From: the human T2T-CHM13v2.0 reference genome, Homo sapiens
Assembly (NCBI RefSeq): GCF_009914755.1
Contig: NC_060930.1
DNA: 64,000 nucleotides
Strand: one strand, 5' to 3'
The notes beneath the pieces were generated by a model. That model saw only the letters and a list, made by a program, of their open reading frames with translations, searched no databases and was not told the origin of the DNA. Below are positions 56,243 to 64,000 of this stretch, piece after piece. Each line of letters begins with the position of its first letter. The first letter of the stretch is position 1. Position numbers and translations under genes: made by a program.

Positions 56243-56489
56243 TTTTTAAAGTAAAAATTATTTTAATTTTTATCTAGTAAATTTTTTTTTAAAATTGTGT
56301 GGGTACATAGTGGGTGTGTATATTTATGGGGTACATGAGATATTTTGATACAGCCATGCAATGTGTAATAATCATATCATGAAGAATGGGTATATCCATC
56401 CCCTCAAGCATTTTTCCTTTGTTACAAACAATCCAATTATACGCTTTTAGTTATTTAAAAATGTACAGTTAAATTATTATTGACTATAA
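56243..56489 (-). mobile_element. Short L1MA(1/2-like) 3' insertion inside the large L1
   Basis: 14-bp TSD tgctttgtagtctt (56229-56242 and 56490-56503). Confidence 0.8.
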
Positions 56490-59250
56490 TGCTTTGTAGT
56501 CTTAATTGTGTAATTGCTTCATAGGGTCTGTGAACTTTGTACTTATGTGTGCTTTTATAGTCTCAAGTATTATTCTTTCATTTCCATGTTTAGAACTCCT
56601 TTGAGCATTTCTTGTAGGTCTGGTCTGGTGGTGATAAATTCTCTTACTGTTTGCTTGTCTGGGAAAGACTATATTTCTCCATTCATGAAGCTTAGTTTGG
56701 TATGAAATTTTTGGCTGGCAATTTTTTTCTTTTTAGGAGGCTAAAAATAGGACCTCAATCTCTTCTGGCTTGTAAAGTTTCTACTGAGAAGTCTACTATT
56801 AATTTAATAGGTTTTCTTCTCTAGGTAATTTGGCCCTTTTTTCTAGGGGCCTTTAAGGTTTTTTCTTTCTAATTGACCTTGGATAGTCTGATGACTATAT
56901 GCCTTGGGAATGGTCTTCTTGTATACTATCTCATAGGAGTTCTCTAAATTTCTTGAATCTGGATGTCAACCTCTTTAGCAAGATTAGGGAAAAATTTCTG
57001 AATTTTTCCCTCAAATCTGTTTTCCAAATTGTATACTACTTTTTCATCTTCTCTTTCAGGAATGCCAATAAGTTGAAGATTTGTGAAGATTTGGTCAAAG
57101 CCATATTTCTCAAAAACTCTGTTCATTTTTAAAATTATTTTTAAAATTTTATTTTTGTCTGACTTGGTTAATTAGAAAGACTGGTTGTCAAGATCTAAAA
57201 TTCTTTCTTCTGCTTAGTGTAATCTATTATTAAAGCTCTAACATTATTTTGAAATTACTTTAGTGATTTTTTTCAATTTGAGCAATTCTATTTGTCTTTT
57301 TTCTTAATATGGGCATCTAATCTTTCATATCCTGAATCATTTTTCTGGTTTTTTATGTAATGGATTTCAAATTTCTCTCAGATGTTATTGAGTTTCCTTG
57401 CAATCCGTATTTTGAATTCTTTATCTGTCATTTCAGATATTTTGTTCCGATTAAGATCCATCGTGAGAGAGCTAGTGCAATGCTTTGGAGGTGTCAAAAC
57501 ACTCTGGCTTTTTGTACTGCTGGAGTTCTTGCACTGAGTCCTTCTCAGGGAAATGTTGCTTCTTATTTTTGAATTTGCTATTGTTTGAATGGGACTTCTT
57601 TTTTAAATTCTTTTTTTCTCTTAGGGGTATGGCTGTGATATATATTATGTGTGATCGTTTGGCTTCATTTTGGGTGATTTCAGAGGGCCAAAGTGCTGTA
57701 TATGTTCCTTGGTTGTGGATAGCTTCTGTGTGGTGGCTTTCTCAGACCATGCTTGTTGAAGCTGTATTTTGGCTGTAAGAACTAATTAGAAAGACTGGTT
57801 GTCAGGATCTAAAATTCTTTCTCCTGTTTAGATATTCTATCTTCTGTAGGGCTGGGGGTGCAGAGTCCTGGGGCACTTATTTTGTGGAATAGCACTAAGC
57901 TCTTCTGGTAGCAGATTTTGTATTTGGTAGTGCAGTTGAAACTGCAGTCCAGTAAATGGTGCTTAAGAGTAAGAGCTGGCAGGTAGGCTGACGTCCAGTG
58001 AAAGCAGGTGCCTTGATGCGTTTTGGGGGAGGAGTGGGTGGGAAGAGATGGTGTTGAGGTGTAGGTGTGCTGAGGCCTTAGGGGAGGGGCTGGGGAGTGT
58101 CCTTGCTTTTCGCCCTGAGCCAGCAGAAAAGTGATTTGCTTCCCTATCAAACCCCTGTTGCAGGGCTCATGACTTTCATTTCATAAAGACTTGGTCCTTT
58201 GGTTTTTGGCCACAGTGTGGCTGCAGGCCACCAGTATGCCCCTCTGATGACTACCACCAAAATGGGCTGAGGGGAGAGTCTCTTCCCCCAGACCAGAGCA
58301 GGTACCTCCATGGTTTGTCTGTCTTCCTTTTCCGGGATGGTGCCATTCTGTGTAGGGAAGGGGAGGTGGTCCCTTCCCTTCGTAAAAGCCTGAGCAGCAT
58401 GGGGCTCACTTTCAGCATGGTAGAGCTGCTGTGAAGAGCACAAAAAAATGCTATGTCCAAGTATGTGTTCACTGGCCCCTAGTGGGAAGAACCACTCTTG
58501 TGTCCATAACTGCATAAGTGGGGTGGAGATGACCGCTCTCTACATATCTTCCCTGGCTATGGGACTGCCTCCTTTAGTACTTGGCACCTTATCTGTGTTT
58601 CCTTTGTCCCAACAGGGACTTGGTGGGCTGTGCTCCCCTCTCCCTTAGAGGTGTCCCATGTTGAGAGTTAAATCTCCAGGGATGCAGCTGCTCCTTGGGG
58701 CCTACGAGTCCCCTGCACCTGCCAAAGTCAGAATGGGTTGTGGGGTATGTTTGCAAGAGATCTAGTGGTACAGTGACTCAAGGTTGGAGAGTCCCTGGGC
58801 AGGGCTGTTTCCCACTATGGGTGCATTACCAGTATGGTGCCCACAGTCTCAGCTCAGGTGTGAGGGGAGTGTGGGCACGTCTGTGTGAGCTGGCCACCAA
58901 GTTCTCTGTCCCTGAGAAGTTCTCAGATGCCCCCAATAGTGTTGACCTGGATCACAAGGGCAGAGGGGCTCACCAGCAGTTTAACAGTCAGGGGATAGTC
59001 AGAGAGGTGAGTGGGGCAGAGAAGCTCTCCCACCTACCCTTTCTGTGGGGCTCTGAGCTTCTCAGGGGTCAATCTCTGCCAGCCTCTTGTTGCTTTCTTT
59101 TTCTGCAGCTCAGCTTCTTTTTGTGGGCACTCTGACAGGTCCTGGCTCACTTCTTTCAGTTTTCCATTCACATTTTGTCCATTCACTAGTAACTTTGATC
59201 TTCTTTCTGAGGAGAACTGGCTTTCAATGTCCCTAGTCTGCCATCTTGGA

Positions 59251-60890
59251 GAGTCCTATTGTGCTCCTTTGGAGGCATCATATTTCCTTGCTTTTTCACG
59301 TTTCTTGTGTCTTTATGTTGGTATCTGTGCATCTGGTGTGACAGTCACTTCTTCCAATATTTTGGATTTGCTTTTATAGGGGAGGATGTTTTCCTGGAGA
59401 TGCATCTGTGATGTTGGTTGGGTAGGGCACTTTGGCTCTGATTGTGGGTGTGTGCAGCAGTGTAGTTTCCTAATTTGTTCAGCTGTAAATAGTGTCATTG
59501 GTGTCCATTATTTCCTCAAGAGCTTAGGGTGTGGTTGTTGGTGGAGTTGTGGGAAGTTTTGCTGGGGACAGGGATACCAGGTGGGCCAGTCCTCAGGCCC
59601 CGATGGGAACAGCAGTGGGCCAAGAGTGCCTGTTCTTAGGCCGCAGGGTGGCATTTGCTGGCACTGGTCTTAGCAGGTCTAGGTGGGTCTATACTGGCAG
59701 TGGCAGCAGCAGGTGGGTCTTTCAGTCCCTGGGCAGCAGTGTGGCATGGGCTATCATAGTAGCAGTTGTGGGACAATGCTTTGGCTCTCAAGCTGTCTGT
59801 GCTGGTGTTGACAGTGGCTGTGATGGCTGGGCAGGCCAGGCCCTGCGCCTGCAGGTTGTGTGTGCAGGTGGGTGCCATCTGTGGTGGTAGCAACAGGGTG
59901 AGTGAGTCCATCTTCAGGTCCCTGGTGGAAGTGCTCAGGTGCTAATGATGGTGGATGTGGCAGAGTAATCCCCAAGTCCCCAGATGGTGTTTTCATGCAC
60001 TGCGGTGGGGGTAGGGGCAGAGCAAAGCCAGGTGAGCCTGTCCTCAGACCCCCTGGTGGTGCCTATCAGCACTGGCTGTGATGTGCAAGGGTGGGGTGAT
60101 CCCTGGACTCCTGGAGGAGTGCTTTGATAGGGGAGGCGGTAGCTGCAGTGGGGCCCTGCTGCTGGAGAAGGTGGGGTTGCTTTTAGTGGCTGCAGCTGTA
60201 GGCAGGCAGCTGGGGAGCATGTGCTTTGGCCCCAGTTGGCACCTATGCGTTGGGGAGCCTATCCTTGGGACACTTGTATATGTGCGATGGTGGCCTGCTG
60301 TTAGTGGGGTGGGGTTGCTGCAGTGGCTTGGCTTTGGCCCTGGCAGCAGCAGCCAGCTGAAGCAGCAGCTGCAGGTGGGGTATGGCAGTGGGGCTCCTGG
60401 GATGTGGAGATGCAGGGGCTGTTGGGCCCCAAGGCAGGGTGATGTCTGGTGGAGGCTGGCTCTCAAAATGGCATCTTGCTGTAGCTGCCTAGGACTCAGG
60501 GTGGTGTTTGGGATTCAGCCTGAGCTCTGGAGCAATGCCATTGTGCGGTCTGCAGACAGCTCCCTATGTTGGTCTCTGGGCCTGTGAGGGGCTCTCTGGT
60601 GGCTGGGACTGGAGGAATCCATGATGGGAGTATGGACGCTGCAGGTCTGTCACTCCCCTTTCCCTGCATTGGGGAGCTTCTCTGTGCTCCCAGCCAGTCC
60701 TGGCCAACCAAGCAGGCTGCTTCTCTTTCCTCCCCTTCCTTGCCCTAGGTGTTTCCTGTTGGTTCTCTGTTGAATTCCAATGTTCTGTCTTTGCTGATCT
60801 ATTCAAACTGTGATTATCTACTCGCTGTTTTATTCTTCTTTGTGGAGGGGCAGCTGATAGATGCCTCTAGTCCATCATCTTGAAGCCCTG
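59251..60890 (-). mobile_element. Second L1 5' UTR plus ORF1 start (L1M/L1PB-type)
   Basis: Reverse complement starts gggcttcaagatgatggactagaggcatct; GC-rich; ends at a ctttggagg ORF1-start-like segment. Confidence 0.65.
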
Positions 60891-62138
60891 CCCCTTGAGA
60901 ACTTCTAATGTCCCCTAATTTTTAGCCTCTTCTTTCTATATACTTCCCGGTTTTTACCATATTATTTTATTTACCTTGTCCAAGTTTACATTCTATTCTG
61001 TACATGTAACTAAGTCTTTAGTAGCTTGTCTGTAGGTTCATTCTAAAAATTTAAAATCAGTTAAATCCATATGTTAAATAACATGATTATATAAATATTT
61101 TTATTATGGGTCTAATCTTAGCATGTGATGCTGAGCACATTCCATTTTGCCGTGTCCCTTTTACAATTTCCAGATGGGAACTGTCGGTGGTTGTCCAAGC
61201 ACAGTCTGATCAGTTCAGGGCAGAGTGTCTGCAGGGCTGTAGTGAAGCCCAGGAACACACTGGCCTCTTGGGCAGCTAAATCTGTTGTCAACTAGTACTG
61301 ATTTTGTCAATGTTGAGAATTTCAAACTTAAGCTGAATTCTAATTTTCCAGAGTTGATGATGTCATTGGGAAAGCTCAGATTTGGGGAAGGTCTTCCTCA
61401 TTTTGAAGTAAAGTGTTTCTCTGAAGATTCCATTCTATTGGCTCATGGGCCTGAGCAGGAGAAACCTAATCCTCCTTCTACATGAGTCTTCCAATCATTT
61501 GAATACATCTACAGGATAAATGTTCCAGTTCTTTTAACATTTCCTCTTAGAACATGATTTCAAGACTTTTGCCATTCTCCTTCCTAAACTCTGAATGTGC
61601 ATTTTTTTTTCAAACTATCTTTGGGGAAGAATACTTTTTTCCTTATTTCCAGTCCATTGCTGACAAATACTTCTATAAAATACAATAAAATGAATTAATA
61701 GAAAAAAATTATTTAAATTCTATAAAATGAATGAACAGAAAAAAATATTTAATAAGATACACCAAGCACAAGTCCAAATTTTTAAGTATTAGAAGCCACA
61801 GACATAAAATTAATTTTCAATAATGAAAATCAGAATAAACATGAGAGAAAGAATAGAATTACCCAAATTGTACACATTCTTCTTTGTGTGTAGGAGATTA
61901 GTATAATGAATCACTAGTATCACTATTATACTCATAGCCTTCCTTTTGTTGTTCTTTAGTCATAAGTTTTATTATGACTAAAATTCCCTGTATTTAAGTT
62001 CTACATACACACTTTGAATGAATACTGCTTATGTTAGTATTTAAAGTTTGTGACAATCAGCTGCTTCTTGCTAGTTCACTTAGTTAATCTTGGTTGGATT
62101 GATGACAATGTTGCTTTCAGTGCCTGTTGTATAGGAAA

Positions 62139-62433
<295 letters not shown>

Positions 62434-62604
62434 CCCTGTGAAACTGTTTTTATGTTTTGCTTTTCAGATACTTACAGTAGAAAACAAATCTAACAGAGGT
62501 TTGTTGAGAATAGATTTTAAAGCAATTTCAACAAGCTCAATATATTTGTAGGTACCTTGTATTCAAATTAAACAATTGTAATTTCAGCTTTCCTTTTTTT
62601 TCTG

Positions 62605-62746
62605 TTTATTTTTTCTTAAAAATATTTGATAGAGACAGGGTTTCACCATGTTGCCCAGGTTGGTCTCAAACTCCTGAGCTCAAGTAATCCACCTGCCTTG
62701 GCCTCCCAAAGTGCTGGAATTACAGGTGTGAGCCACCATACCCGTC
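62605..62746 (-). mobile_element. Alu left monomer
   Basis: Single arm. Confidence 0.75.
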
Positions 62747-63042
62747 TGAAACAAATGTGTTTTCAAAATCCATCTTCAATCCTTCATCTGTCAACAGTTC
62801 TATTAGTTTATTTTGTAAAGGTATAGTTATGTTTAAATATGATGAAATTCTTTTGAGGAAAGAAATGGGTTCTGGATTTTATATACTTATTTAGATTATA
62901 GTTGGCAAACCAGCCTTAAAATATCACATCTGTAGCCTGTTCCTTCAGTGTACAACAGATAGCAACTCTCACCACTAGCCACTTACCACACAAGTCTAAC
63001 AAAGAGTGAATAGGTACATACTTCATTCAAAAATGGAGTATA

Positions 63043-63410
<368 letters not shown>

Positions 63411-64000
63411 TTACCCTCAATTTCTGAAATGATCTTGTTGGGACTGTGAACAGCAGGTGCAGGAGTGGTACCAGAATGTAAGTTTGAATAGTGCTGTCCA
63501 AGGAGGGTTTTGTCTGTATTAAAGTTTGAATCACAGAACTGAATGCCAAACTTCAGGCTTGGTGTAATTCGAAGGAAATAGAGCAGGACATCACCTCTCT
63601 CATTCTAAATACTTTACTTTTGTGAATGCAGCCCAAGTTTGGGAAGGGGGGAATGGGTGTGTGCATGTGCATGTGTATATTTGTGCTCATATCACTGTTG
63701 ACTCAACACTTTAAATGGACTAAAATTCCCCGGTGTTTTCATAGTTGCCACTATTCTATCACATCTTCCTTTCATTCCTAACCCCTGGCTACAATTCCCT
63801 TCTCTAGAGGTGATGAGAATTGGCAGTTGCTTGTGCATGTTTCTAGAGATATTCTTTTCATAAAGGTACAAATGGTACTATACTATGTACCATTGTTATT
63901 TGTATAGATGCACTATTAAACACCTTACTTTCTTCACTAACTGTATCTTGGAGAATCATTCATATTGGTATATAAAGAACTTCCCCATTTCATTTCAAGA

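Noticed and set aside
57809-60806. Cluster of longer GC-rich ORFs (up to 169 aa) on both strands
   Set aside because: They lie in decayed L1 5' UTRs, where GC richness lowers stop frequency. There is no recognisable protein.

Overview
Human (or very close primate) genomic DNA from inside CCDC170 (C6orf97), the coiled-coil gene next to ESR1 at 6q25.1, on the + strand. The window runs from intron 1 into intron 5. It holds four coding exons with canonical AG/GT boundaries: 31525-31653, 33247-33503, 39782-39926 and 43515-43700. These splice into one 717-nt open frame (ETYDHLSEVPVTREQ...TEEKEKLNQ). The start exon and the next downstream exon lie outside the window. Most of the rest is transposable element sequence: roughly 60 Alus, L1/L2/L3/MIR relics, MaLR LTRs and DNA-transposon MITEs. 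The most unusual part is a dense, partly nested cluster of nine ERV solo LTRs at about 10.5-21 kb (MER4-, LTR9-, MER41B-, MER11-, LTR8-, MER41-, LTR10-, MER61- and LTR7-like), several carrying STAT, AP-1, FOX or KLF/SOX motifs. Almost all ORFs in the supplied track are Alu, L1 or low-complexity artefacts. I found no convincing new biological system. The best leads are regulatory or RNA-structural: the LTR cluster, an Alu-flanked in-frame circle of exons 2-4, a re-folded MADE1 hairpin and very close inverted Alus. Gene identity, exon numbering and repeat subfamily names come from recalled sequences, not from a search. Old-repeat boundaries are approximate unless a target-site duplication (TSD) is quoted.
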